Part shown: positions 1-8,109 of the stretch, in pieces
Layout: the number at the start of each line of letters is the position of its first letter
How positions within the stretch are numbered: position 1 is the first letter of the stretch
IMG/VR virus record: IMGVR_UViG_3300032315_000748
Reading direction: 5' to 3' (one strand)
Length of the DNA: 64,000 nt
From: a virus
Made by a program: the position numbers and the translations under genes
The notes under the pieces: model-generated
Told to the model about the DNA's origin: nothing
Database searches by the model: none
The model's input: the letters and a program-made list of their open reading frames with translations, nothing else

Positions 1-131
1 CTAATTTGATTGAGTATCTCGGTGATAATGAGGAATATGCTTACCTCTTTACTAATGGTGAATGGGTATGCTATGAACTTCATGAAACTCCTAAAATTGT
101 TGAAATTCCAAATGGAGCATTGATGGTATGA
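1..131 (+). CDS. 3' end of hypothetical phage protein (partial)
   Basis: Open frame from window edge (...EEYAYLFTNGEWVCY...GALMV*); stop overlaps ATG of next ORF (ATGA). Confidence 0.6.
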   Translation, partial: NLIEYLGDNEEYAYLFTNGEWVCYELHETPKIVEIPNGALMV

Positions 132-331
132 TTAAAGTAAAACGTAAGATTATTTCAGTTGAACCCATTACTTCAATCGCACAAACTAGATTCAAAGAAG
201 AAATGGATTTGCTGACTTCCTGTTATGTGGAAGATGAAAATGAAACACAAGTATTTCTTTGTTCTGTGAATAAGAAATACAAGTTCATTATGAATAAAAA
301 AGAAGACAAAAACTGGAGAATTGTAAAGTGA
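128..331 (+). CDS. hypothetical protein
   Basis: 67-aa ORF, ATGA-coupled to upstream gene; stop abuts palindrome element 1. Confidence 0.7.
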   Translation: MIKVKRKIISVEPITSIAQTRFKEEMDLLTSCYVEDENETQVFLCSVNKKYKFIMNKKEDKNWRIVK

Positions 332-389
332 TGTGCCACTTGTAGAGGTGGCACACTAAAAGAGCACTGACCCCAAAACCTGCTACAAT
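332..389 (+). promoter_or_regulatory. palindrome-promoter element copy 1
   Basis: TGTGCCAC-TTGTAGAG-GTGGCACA (332-355); TGn-TACAAT at 381-389; AAGAGG leader. Confidence 0.85.
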
Positions 390-410
390 AAGAGGACACA
401 AGCAAAGAAA

Positions 411-674
411 ATGACTGATTCCAATCTTTCTAAAATCCGACCCAAACTCCGCACAGAAGGTCGTGTATCTGGCAATTTTGGAAAAAATAAGGTAAAGGCA
501 GGAAGTCCCATTACGGGGATTGGAGTTACAAACGCAAAGGTAGTTAATATCACAACTACTAATGATTATCTAACTAAAATGTATTATGTGTTAGATAATG
601 CGACTGATTCTAAAATGAAACAGTTTGCTTATAATGAAATCAAATCTATTTTGATAAAAAAAGGTGTGTGGTGA
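411..674 (+). CDS. hypothetical protein
   Basis: 87-aa ORF directly after element 1. Confidence 0.75.
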   Translation: MTDSNLSKIRPKLRTEGRVSGNFGKNKVKAGSPITGIGVTNAKVVNITTTNDYLTKMYYVLDNATDSKMKQFAYNEIKSILIKKGVW

Positions 675-682
675 AATAACTG

Positions 683-782
683 ATAAATAATGATGCTTGT
701 GTTTGGTCGCAGAAGCAGAGATCGGGTGTCTTCGGGCACCTTTTCTTGTATAAATAGTAAAGACCAAACACAAAGTAGAACT
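683..782 (+). promoter_or_regulatory. homing endonuclease control leader: ATAAATA, antisense arm, cUUCGg terminator, TATAAATA, complementary arm
   Basis: ATAAATA 683-689; TTGTGTTTGGTC 697-708 complementary to GACCAAACACAA 762-773; GGTGTC-TTCG-GGCACC-TTTT 725-744; TATAAATA 749-756. Confidence 0.75.
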
Positions 783-1718
783 ATGGAAACTCCAAAGGAG
801 TATTACTATACCTATTATTCATATGAAGAATGGGGTAGAGGATATTTTGGAAGCAGAGGATGCAAATGTCTTCCAGAAGAAGATATAAACTACTTCGGTT
901 CATTCAAAGACAAAGCATTCAAACCAACTCAAAAAATAATATTCAAAAGTGATTATGCTACAAGAGAAGAAGCATATGCTGATGAGATTATTTTACAAGA
1001 ATATTATAAAGTTGTAGAAAATCCCCACTTTGCTAATAGGGCATATCAAACTTCTACAAAGTTTTGTATTCCAACAGAAGAGAGAAAAAAAATAAGCAAA
1101 AGAAATTGTGAGAGATTTAAAGAAGAAAAGATAGGAATATTTTCTTTTACTCCAGAAGAAAAAAAGTTTAATTCATTAAAAGGAGTAGAAACTTGTAAAA
1201 AACTAAAAAAAGGAGTCTCATTTTTATCATACGAAAAAAGAGTAGAAATTGGAAAAAGTTTAGCTAAAAATAAAAAAGGTATTCATTCTTTAACTAAAGA
1301 ACAAAGGTCAAAAATAGCAAAGAAAAATTATGAAGAAGGTAAAGGATTTGCAATACTTACCAAAGAACAAAGAATAGAAATTGGCAGAAAAAACTACAAA
1401 AATGGAGTAGGTCTTGCTTCTCTCACAAAAGAACAAAAAAGTGAAATTGGCAAGAAAACATTTATTGAGAAAAAAGGAGTTCATTCTTTACCCAAAGAAG
1501 AAACAATAAAAAATGCAATAAAAGGTGGAAAAAAATTAAAAGAACTTGGTGTGGGCATTCACGCAATTACTAAAGAAAAAAGAAGAGAAATAGTAGCAAA
1601 GACAAATTCCCAAAAATGGATGTGCCTTGAAACAGGTTTTATAACAAATGCAGGAACCCTTTCAAGATACCAAAGAGCAAGGGGAATAGATACAACAAAA
1701 AGAATAAGAATTGAATAA
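783..1718 (+). CDS. GIY-YIG (Seg-like) homing endonuclease with repeated basic DNA-binding modules
   Basis: N-terminal YTYYSYEEWGRGYFGSR...YFGS...REEAYADE...FAN GIY-YIG pattern; about 23-aa repeats (GIHSLTKEQRSKIAKK); start moved to ATG 783 after late promoter. Confidence 0.8.
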   Translation: METPKEYYYTYYSYEEWGRGYFGSRGCKCLPEEDINYFGSFKDKAFKPTQKIIFKSDYATREEAYADEIILQEYYKVVENPHFANRAYQTSTKFCIPTEERKKISKRNCERFKEEKIGIFSFTPEEKKFNSLKGVETCKKLKKGVSFLSYEKRVEIGKSLAKNKKGIHSLTKEQRSKIAKKNYEEGKGFAILTKEQRIEIGRKNYKNGVGLASLTKEQKSEIGKKTFIEKKGVHSLPKEETIKNAIKGGKKLKELGVGIHAITKEKRREIVAKTNSQKWMCLETGFITNAGTLSRYQRARGIDTTKRIRIE

Positions 1719-1723
1719 TTTGT

Positions 1724-1782
1724 TGTGACACTTTTTCTGGTGGCACAACAAAGTTCCACAAAGGCACCTGATGCCCTACAAT
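1724..1782 (+). promoter_or_regulatory. palindrome-promoter element copy 2
   Basis: TTGTTGTGACAC-TTTTTCTG-GTGGCACAACAA (1720-1751); TACAAT 1777-1782. Confidence 0.75.
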
Positions 1783-1808
1783 AGAGAAACACAAAATTAA
1801 CAGGGGAA

Positions 1809-2081
1809 ATGGTAATGGAACTTTCTACACAAAAACTGGAACGGATTTACAAAGAGTTGAAAGAGATTGTGAAGTTTGAAAACTCACTTCATATGATGGA
1901 TATGACCCTCAATCAAACTGATGTGAATACTCTTGAAGAAGTGATTTCTATGATTGAAGACATCGTGAATTATGACCCAACACCTTATTATCTTTATGAT
2001 AATTCTGGTGGGGAAGCACCTATGACTGCGAACGAACGACTTTCTGCTGCTTGGCAAGAACACCTACAACTTCATCGTTGA
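1809..2081 (+). CDS. hypothetical protein
   Basis: 90-aa ORF with GGGG SD after element 2. Confidence 0.75.
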   Translation: MVMELSTQKLERIYKELKEIVKFENSLHMMDMTLNQTDVNTLEEVISMIEDIVNYDPTPYYLYDNSGGEAPMTANERLSAAWQEHLQLHR

Positions 2082-2107
2082 TAAATAACTAAAAAGTATT
2101 TGTAAAG

Positions 2108-2881
2108 ATGAACTCTCAAGACCTTCACAATCTTCAAGAAGCTTATATGGATGTTTATAGTGAAGGTTATAAACCTCCTAGAGGTAAAATGACAAAAAGA
2201 ATCGCACATAAAATGTTTAAGGGGGTTAATACTCTTAAAACAGCTCATGATTCTGGTGAAGATTTAGCAGGGAGAACTACGGGGGGACAAATTGCGAGTC
2301 AAAAAAGTGAAAAACTTGCTAAACAAGCACAGAAAATATATCAAACAGCAAAACGTCATGACCCAGAATCCTCTCAAAGGAGGGAAAGAGAAAATAGGAC
2401 AGTTGGACAAATAGCAAAAGGAGATCCAGTATCAGCAAAAGTTTTAAGAGATAGATATAAGAAAAGAGGACTTCCCTTTAAGAGTAAGAATAATACTACT
2501 ATGAAGGCTATTAGAGATGGACTTATTGATGGAGTAAATGATGCCCTTGGGGAAGAAGTAAACATCTACGACATCATTCTTTCACATCTTCTTGATGAAG
2601 GTTATGCTGAAACACAAGAACAAGCAGAAGTCATTATGGTGAATATGAGTGAAGATTGGAGAGAGAGTATTATGGAAGCAATGAAACCACTTCCTGTGGG
2701 TAAAATGATTAAGCAGGCTGCAAGGCATAGCAACCCAGAACAAGTTACAAAAATGGCCAAGGTTGCAGATACTCATAATCCTAACAAGTCCCAAAGAAAA
2801 GAGGACGATAATAGAAGAGAAGGTGGTCGTAAAAGAGAAGCAGGAAGACCTAGGAGAAATGAACTTCAAGATAATTGGTAA
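2108..2881 (+). CDS. late-expressed cyanophage protein (possible internal head protein)
   Basis: ATAAATA at 2081-2087; cyanophage-type block DIILSHLLDEGYAET..AE.IM.NMSEDWRESI; internally duplicated basic module. Confidence 0.7.
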   Translation: MNSQDLHNLQEAYMDVYSEGYKPPRGKMTKRIAHKMFKGVNTLKTAHDSGEDLAGRTTGGQIASQKSEKLAKQAQKIYQTAKRHDPESSQRRERENRTVGQIAKGDPVSAKVLRDRYKKRGLPFKSKNNTTMKAIRDGLIDGVNDALGEEVNIYDIILSHLLDEGYAETQEQAEVIMVNMSEDWRESIMEAMKPLPVGKMIKQAARHSNPEQVTKMAKVADTHNPNKSQRKEDDNRREGGRKREAGRPRRNELQDNW

Positions 2882-2892
2882 ATTAAAATCTT

Positions 2893-2950
2893 GAGACCAC
2901 TTCCTGAACTGGCACACTAAACCGGCACAGACCCCAAAACGTGGTATATT
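2893..2950 (+). promoter_or_regulatory. palindrome-promoter element copy 3 (leader-hairpin subtype)
   Basis: GAGACCAC-TTCCTGAA-CTGGCACA; TGG-TATATT 2942-2950; hairpin GAGTGGTC/GACCACTC plus T-run 2955-2982. Confidence 0.75.
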
Positions 2951-2995
2951 AAGGGAGTGGTCAAAGCAGACCACTCTTTTTTATTTCTAACTAAA

Positions 2996-3250
2996 ATGGA
3001 ACAAACTTTTGGATTTCCTCCTGTTGATGGTCTTTACAATTCCCTGAGGAAACTTGATTATGTAAAACTTGGTGAAGATTTTATCTTCATTCTTGCTACA
3101 ATTTGTGCGGTTGTGGTTGGTGTTGTATCTTATGCCTACACCGCATTTCAGTTGTATTGGAATGATAATGGTGAAAGTATTGTAAATAGTATTACGACAA
3201 ACACTAATCGTGTTGTTGATTTTCTCTTTTACAATTCAACCGACCAGTGA
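2996..3250 (+). CDS. hypothetical membrane protein
   Basis: ATG 2996 (MEQTFG...), one hydrophobic segment FIFILATICAVVVGVVSYAY. Confidence 0.7.
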   Translation: MEQTFGFPPVDGLYNSLRKLDYVKLGEDFIFILATICAVVVGVVSYAYTAFQLYWNDNGESIVNSITTNTNRVVDFLFYNSTDQ

Positions 3251-3257
3251 TTGCCTT

Positions 3258-3314
3258 GGGACAGTTCAGCAACCGTCCCTTTGCCCTTGATCCGCACCCA
3301 AAAGGTGCTATACT
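3258..3314 (+). promoter_or_regulatory. palindrome-promoter element copy 4 (variant arms)
   Basis: GGGACAG-TTCAGCAA-CCGTCCC 3258-3279; TTGATC 3287-3292; TGc-TATACT 3306-3314; same 40.5-bp centre-to--10 spacing. Confidence 0.65.
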
Positions 3315-3336
3315 AACAGAGTTCACAAACAAGCAA

Positions 3337-3462
3337 ATGCCTCAAACACTAGATTTCACCGGAAACGCAACTACCTTTCTTGGATTAGTTGGTTTATTCA
3401 GCACTGCTCTCATCGTCTTCACTTCTTTTCGTCGTTTTCATAATTCTCCTCTCCGCAAATGA
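3337..3462 (+). CDS. small single-pass membrane protein
   Basis: MPQTLDFTGNATTFLGLVGLFSTALIVFTSFRRFHNSPLRK; start after element 4. Confidence 0.65.
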   Translation: MPQTLDFTGNATTFLGLVGLFSTALIVFTSFRRFHNSPLRK

Positions 3463-3680
3463 TTTACGACAAAAGTCTTTCTGAGTACGAAAAAGACCTG
3501 AAAGAATCAAAAAAGAAGTATGAAAAACTTCTCAAACAAATGAAGAAAGCAAGGTCGGAGCATCAGTATTACAATCTTTATGATGAAGCAGAACTTCTTT
3601 ATGAAGATATTGCCGACCTTCAACTACGAATTGCTGACTTACGCAAACAAAAGAAACTACAACAAGAACTGACTTATTGA
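3459..3680 (+). CDS. hypothetical coiled-coil protein
   Basis: 73-aa ORF, ATGA overlap, heptad pattern. Confidence 0.7.
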   Translation: MIYDKSLSEYEKDLKESKKKYEKLLKQMKKARSEHQYYNLYDEAELLYEDIADLQLRIADLRKQKKLQQELTY

Positions 3681-3681
3681 G

Positions 3682-3936
3682 ATGACTGACCTTTATTCTG
3701 AAATCCTTGAATTTGATAAAATGAACCTGAATATTGAGCAACTGATTGAAGATTATGCTTCGGACCTCGTAGAAGGAATGGACCTTGATACTTTGGTTCA
3801 ATTTGCCTATGATGTGATTGTAGAGAATCTAGAAGATATGAGTGTTAATGAGATTCTGGAACAAGTTGAAGTAAATGCTCCACATCTTCTGGAAGAATTG
3901 GACGTGGTTGTGCCAGATGTTGAACCGGCACAGTAA
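3682..3936 (+). CDS. acidic hypothetical protein (paralog of 13434..13646)
   Basis: LIEDYASDLVEGMDLDTLVQFAYDVIVENL aligns with VIDSYAQTILDGMDSKSMERFVYDTLVENL. Confidence 0.75.
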   Translation: MTDLYSEILEFDKMNLNIEQLIEDYASDLVEGMDLDTLVQFAYDVIVENLEDMSVNEILEQVEVNAPHLLEELDVVVPDVEPAQ

Positions 3937-3967
3937 AACAGCACAGACCCCTCAAACCTGCTATAAT
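3909..3967 (+). promoter_or_regulatory. palindrome-promoter element copy 5
   Basis: TGTGCCAG-ATGTTGAA-CCGGCACA inside 3' end of upstream ORF; TGc-TATAAT 3959-3967. Confidence 0.8.
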
Positions 3968-3990
3968 TACGAAGTAATCACCCAAAACCG

Positions 3991-4164
3991 ATGCCGACTC
4001 TTGATTATACTAATCTTCCTCTAACTTCTTATGAACGTTTGAGAGACACTTGTCGTTGTCTAACGATACACTACAACCTTATGTTGTGTTGGCCTTCTAA
4101 TGATGAAGTTGATAACTTATTTTTTCAAGAGAAGTTTGACCAGCATAAGTTCTACGACGTTTGA
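3991..4164 (+). CDS. hypothetical protein (57 aa)
   Basis: Manually translated ORF filling the space between elements 5 and 6. Confidence 0.6.
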   Translation: MPTLDYTNLPLTSYERLRDTCRCLTIHYNLMLCWPSNDEVDNLFFQEKFDQHKFYDV

Positions 4165-4171
4165 TATACCG

Positions 4172-4231
4172 TGTGCCACTTCTTCTGGTGGCACACTAAC
4201 CGTTGCCTGACGGTCCAATCCGTGTTATGAT
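4172..4231 (+). promoter_or_regulatory. palindrome-promoter element copy 6
   Basis: GTGTGCCAC-TTCTTCTG-GTGGCACAC; TTGCCT 4203-4208, 17 bp, TATGAT 4226-4231. Confidence 0.8.
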
Positions 4232-4261
4232 GACTACATCAACAGTTAAAGAGGTGACACA

Positions 4262-4399
4262 ATGATTGAAACTTCTCTCGTGCTTCACGAAGACCTTGAG
4301 TTCTTTGCTCATTATCTTGGTGTAGATTATGAAGACTATTATGAACTTTATCTTGGCATCGTTCAAGATGAAGAAGATGAAAGTCTAGTTGCTGTTTGA
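4262..4399 (+). CDS. small acidic protein (45 aa, ends -LVAV)
   Basis: GAGG SD; MIETSLVLHEDLEFFAHYLGVDYEDYYELYLGIVQDEEDESLVAV. Confidence 0.65.
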   Translation: MIETSLVLHEDLEFFAHYLGVDYEDYYELYLGIVQDEEDESLVAV

Positions 4400-4459
4400 T
4401 GATTATAGTCCTGGGATGACTCAAAAAGCACCAAAACCCTCCACTTTACTTTTTATATA

Positions 4460-4693
4460 ATGACTGCTCCTGCTTCTTTGATTGCTCTTGCTGCTGAACT
4501 CGTGGATACGAATCCTGCTGCTTCTCAACTGATTGTGAATCTTGGCAATGCTGAAACTGGTGATGAAGTGCTTGAAGCACTGAATACCTATGATGAATCC
4601 ATTCTTGATTCTCTAGAATCTGTTGATGAAGATGAAGATGAAGATGAAACTGATGAAGTTGAAGTTGATGAAACTGAACTCGTTGCTGTCTGA
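4460..4693 (+). CDS. highly acidic protein (ends -LVAV)
   Basis: 77-aa ORF with D/E-rich tail. Confidence 0.75.
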   Translation: MTAPASLIALAAELVDTNPAASQLIVNLGNAETGDEVLEALNTYDESILDSLESVDEDEDEDETDEVEVDETELVAV

Positions 4694-4705
4694 TAAGTAA
4701 TATCA

Positions 4706-4731
4706 GGGAGAGAGAAATCTCTTCCTTTCTT
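4706..4731 (+). terminator. intrinsic terminator-like hairpin
   Basis: GGGAGAGA-GAAA-TCTCTTCC followed by TTTCTT. Confidence 0.55.
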
Positions 4732-4805
4732 GTCTCAGTAGCTCAGATGGATAGAGCATCTCACTTCTAATGAGTAGGTCGGGGGTTCAAGTCCCTCCTG
4801 AGACG
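4732..4805 (+). tRNA. tRNA-Arg (TCT)
   Basis: Acceptor GTCTCAG/CTGAGAC; D arm GCTC/GAGC; loop CTTCTAA; T arm GGGGG-TTCAAGT-CCCTC; no encoded CCA. Confidence 0.92.
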
Positions 4806-4828
4806 TTATACAAACACCCTTCAAGACA

Positions 4829-5599
4829 ATGAAACTCAAACTATTAAGTGACCTTCATCTTGAGCACTATTGTGCTGGACAATACTTTGACCCAGGAGAA
4901 GGTGATGTTTTAGTTCTTGCTGGTGATATTCTTTGTGCCAAGCACTTGAAGAAGAATGGTTATCTTGCCGAAGTGTATGAAAAGTTCCTGACTGATTGTA
5001 GTAAGAACTATCAAAAGATTCTCTATGTCAAGGGAAATCACGAAGCATATGGATACAACTACGAAGGAGCACACAAAACCATTCAAGAGCATCTTCCTGA
5101 TAACTTTCAGTTGATGGAGAATGATACAGTCAAAATTGATGATTGGAACTTCATAGGTTTCACATTTTGGACTGATTTTCGTAATGAGAATCCATTAGAA
5201 ATGATGGATGCTCAACAGTATATGAATGATTACAAAGTCATTCGCATTACTTCCAATTTTCGTAAGTTGAATACAAATGATACTCTTGGTTTTCATAAGA
5301 AGAGCAAGGAGTATCTTCTCAATCAACTTCAAGAATTAAATGAGAATGTATTCGTCATTAGTCATATGGCACCGAGTTATCAATCGGTTGCTCCTCAATT
5401 TAAGAACACAGAAAATGGTGCTTTTGTAAGTGATTTGGATGATTTGATTTTAAGTTATCCTCAAATCAAATACTGGTGCCACGGTCACACTCACAACTTC
5501 TTTGATTATAAAATTGGAGATTGTCGTGTGATTTGTAATCCTTCGGGTTATCCCGGTCAGGACACAGGATTTAATCCAAATTTGATTTTGGGCATCTAG
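4829..5599 (+). CDS. calcineurin-like metallophosphoesterase
   Basis: SDLHLE, LAGDI, GNHE, SHMAP, HGHTH motifs. Confidence 0.9.
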   Translation: MKLKLLSDLHLEHYCAGQYFDPGEGDVLVLAGDILCAKHLKKNGYLAEVYEKFLTDCSKNYQKILYVKGNHEAYGYNYEGAHKTIQEHLPDNFQLMENDTVKIDDWNFIGFTFWTDFRNENPLEMMDAQQYMNDYKVIRITSNFRKLNTNDTLGFHKKSKEYLLNQLQELNENVFVISHMAPSYQSVAPQFKNTENGAFVSDLDDLILSYPQIKYWCHGHTHNFFDYKIGDCRVICNPSGYPGQDTGFNPNLILGI

Positions 5600-5648
5600 A
5601 TATAATGGGAATACTTATTCTCAATTACAAACATTACTAAAAAGGTCG

Positions 5649-6125
5649 ATGGATTACTTAAAGATTGAAAGTGGTTCTCAAGTTCTGCTACTTAACGCAG
5701 ACTACAACCCAATTAACATTTGCTCATATCGTAAGGCAGTTATTCTTTCACTGAAAAACAAAGTTCAGGTTCTATCCAAGAGAGTAATTAGACTGATAAA
5801 CTATGTGCGTCTTCCATTCTCACGTCTAATGAGCACAGCACCCACACGCAATCTCATTATGAAACGTGATGGATATATCTGTTCTTATTGTGGAGCAAAG
5901 GAACAATTAACGATTGACCACATTCTACCTACATCCAAAGGTGGGCAGAATACTTGGGAGAATATGACTACTTGTTGCTTGAAGTGTAATTCCAAGAAAG
6001 GGGATAAACTACTGAAAGAAACAAATATGATTCTTCATAATCCTCCAACTATTCCATTCAGCAAAATCACTTTGACCATTAAGCAATCTCGTAATCCTGA
6101 ATGGACTGAATACAATTATGCGTAA
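5649..6125 (+). CDS. HNH endonuclease (McrA-like)
   Basis: VLLLNADYNP N-terminus; RDGYICSYCG, LTIDHILPTSKGG, WENMTTCCLKCNSKKG. Confidence 0.9.
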   Translation: MDYLKIESGSQVLLLNADYNPINICSYRKAVILSLKNKVQVLSKRVIRLINYVRLPFSRLMSTAPTRNLIMKRDGYICSYCGAKEQLTIDHILPTSKGGQNTWENMTTCCLKCNSKKGDKLLKETNMILHNPPTIPFSKITLTIKQSRNPEWTEYNYA

Positions 6126-6135
6126 AGTATAGTGA

Positions 6136-6193
6136 TGTGCCACTCGTAGGGGTGGCACACTAAACGAGCAGAGACCCTAGGACCTGCTATAAT
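6136..6193 (+). promoter_or_regulatory. palindrome-promoter element copy 7
   Basis: TGTGCCAC-TCGTAGGG-GTGGCACA; TGc-TATAAT 6185-6193. Confidence 0.85.
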
Positions 6194-6214
6194 AAGAGGA
6201 CACAAGCAAAGAAA

Positions 6215-6340
6215 ATGTCTACTCCAAATTGGCAACACAATTCAGGAAAACAAAAGAATACTAAAGGTTTGTGTAAGGGCAAACTCAAATCCCGCAAGCA
6301 AGCACTTCAAGCACTCAAATCTAAACTGAATTTCAAATGA
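6215..6340 (+). CDS. small basic hypothetical protein (41 aa)
   Basis: MSTPNWQHNSGKQKNTKG...; follows element 7 leader; ATGA overlap with next ORF. Confidence 0.65.
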   Translation: MSTPNWQHNSGKQKNTKGLCKGKLKSRKQALQALKSKLNFK

Positions 6341-6519
6341 CTGAAAACAAACGATACAAAATCACTTTGGTTGTTGATACTGACATTCATCCTCGTAAAT
6401 GGATTGCCGAAGTCGTTACTGATTGTATGGAGGGACACGAAGACCTTTTAGAGTGGGAGGTAGAAGAAGTCTCCAATAATTTTGAATTGCTTTCTTCAAT
6501 TAACGACGTTCCTAACTGA
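6337..6519 (+). CDS. hypothetical protein
   Basis: 60-aa ORF in coupled operon. Confidence 0.65.
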   Translation: MTENKRYKITLVVDTDIHPRKWIAEVVTDCMEGHEDLLEWEVEEVSNNFELLSSINDVPN

Positions 6520-6521
6520 TT

Positions 6522-6923
6522 ATGACTGAATCCACCAACGAAGTTCTTCATTATACACAAGTTCTTTGCGAAGTTCTTCGTGAGAACTACAAGCAATACA
6601 GTATTGACTCTCATCGTCATTACATCACAAAAGGTGAGAATGTAGAGTATCACCAAGAACAAATTGATAAACTCTGTGAAGGTGAAGACCTTAATGAATA
6701 TATCATTGATAAAGGTCGCAAATACTATAAGATTGTGATGAAAGATCACGGTCACGGTCAAAAACACGCACACTTGTTCGTAGATATGAATACTGGGGAT
6801 TGTTACAAGCCAGCATCTTGGAAAGCACCTGCCAAAGGTATTCGTTATAATCTTCTTGATGCTACATCCCGTGAGGAAATGTATAGGAGAGCAGACTGGG
6901 CAGGGTCGTACACTTACAAATAA
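6522..6923 (+). CDS. conserved phage hypothetical protein
   Basis: GRKYYKIV...HLFVD..TGD.YKPASWKAPAKG.RY motif recognised from cyanophage proteins. Confidence 0.8.
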   Translation: MTESTNEVLHYTQVLCEVLRENYKQYSIDSHRHYITKGENVEYHQEQIDKLCEGEDLNEYIIDKGRKYYKIVMKDHGHGQKHAHLFVDMNTGDCYKPASWKAPAKGIRYNLLDATSREEMYRRADWAGSYTYK

Positions 6924-6975
6924 TCAAGACCCAATCATTCTGGTATAAATAGAAATAGTTAGTATCCAATCAACT

Positions 6976-7476
6976 ATGAAACTTATACCAGAATATGAGG
7001 CATATAGTGTCACCGAAGACGGTGTAATTTATTCACACAAAAAACCAGGAGGAAAAGGAAAAGGCAAAATTGTTGATTATTCTTATAAAAGGCAACTAAA
7101 ACCGCAAACCAACCACAAAGGATACTTAAATGTTATTTTGGAACAAGGTAGTTCTAATGCTAGAACTATGTCTATTCACAGAGCAGTAGCATTAGCATAC
7201 ATTCCAAATCCAAATAATTATGACACCATAAATCATATTGACGAAAACAAAACAAACAATCACGTATCAAATCTTGAATGGATGAGTAATGCTGACAACG
7301 TAGCATATTCACAAGCAAAAACAAGACTAATACAAACACCAGAGGGTGATAAAATAGAAATTACTAATTTATCAAAATGGTGTCGTGAAGTTTTAGGACT
7401 AAAATCATCAGGGAATATGTTAAGGAGTTTGAGAAATCCTAATATGCCCTGTATGGGATATAAATTACTTAAATAA
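6976..7476 (+). CDS. HNH homing endonuclease (NUMOD4-type)
   Basis: IPEYEAYSVTEDG N-terminus; IHRAVALAYIPNP, INHIDENKTNNHVSNLEW; TATAAATA at 6944-6951. Confidence 0.88.
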   Translation: MKLIPEYEAYSVTEDGVIYSHKKPGGKGKGKIVDYSYKRQLKPQTNHKGYLNVILEQGSSNARTMSIHRAVALAYIPNPNNYDTINHIDENKTNNHVSNLEWMSNADNVAYSQAKTRLIQTPEGDKIEITNLSKWCREVLGLKSSGNMLRSLRNPNMPCMGYKLLK

Positions 7477-7492
7477 CCTTCTCATATAACTA

Positions 7493-7684
7493 ATGTCAAA
7501 CATTTCTTTCACCAAAGGTCTTGAAGTTTATTATGATGGAATGTATGGCATCGTTGATTTCATATGTGAAAAATACATTACAGTTTGCGTGAGAGTAATG
7601 GACCACAAATCTAGAGATGTTTGTATATTAGTTTATCCAGACAGATTTCATTTAGTAAAACTAGCAAAAGAATCTGAAAAATGA
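7493..7684 (+). CDS. hypothetical protein
   Basis: 63-aa ORF. Confidence 0.65.
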   Translation: MSNISFTKGLEVYYDGMYGIVDFICEKYITVCVRVMDHKSRDVCILVYPDRFHLVKLAKESEK

Positions 7685-7766
7685 ATCCTCATACAATCTC
7701 ACTCATAATGAGTCAATTATGGGTTCTTTTAATTCTTATTATTACTGTTTCTAATTTTCTAAACTG

Positions 7767-8108
7767 ATGAAAAAACTTCTATTCCTTCTGTTGCTCATTC
7801 CTGCTCCTGTATTTGCCGGGCAACCATTCAAGTATCAAACTCCTTGTAGACTTGAATCTCAGAATGTTGTGATGGAAGATATTTGTACTGTGGTTGAAGT
7901 TCGTGAGAAAGGTGGAGCACTTAAATCACGCAACATCTATTCAAATAAGTTCGCATTAACAATCAAATCTTATTTCAACAAAGATAAGGAACTTGTTACT
8001 TGGGATTCATCCAATAAAATTGAATATTTTTGGGAATATAAGATGGATCCACTCAAAGGAACTCTGGTGATGCCCGGAGTGTATCTCAAAGAAGTTTCTT
8101 GGGATTAA
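7767..8108 (+). CDS. exported hypothetical protein
   Basis: Signal peptide MKKLLFLLLLIPAPVFA; two Cys. Confidence 0.75.
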   Translation: MKKLLFLLLLIPAPVFAGQPFKYQTPCRLESQNVVMEDICTVVEVREKGGALKSRNIYSNKFALTIKSYFNKDKELVTWDSSNKIEYFWEYKMDPLKGTLVMPGVYLKEVSWD

Positions 8109-8109
8109 A

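Noticed and set aside
349-366. TGGCAC as a sigma54 -24 box
   Set aside because: No TTGC at -12, it is one arm of a dyad, and cyanobacteria lack sigma54.
690-782. N-terminal extension of the GIY-YIG ORF from 690
   Set aside because: It spans a terminator and the late promoter. ATG 783 matches the AGTAGAACT-ATG context of the other endonuclease.
4407-4433. Possible H-type pseudoknot AGTC-CTGGGAT-GACT...CCA
   Set aside because: Only 4-bp and 3-bp stems, single copy; not supportable without covariation.
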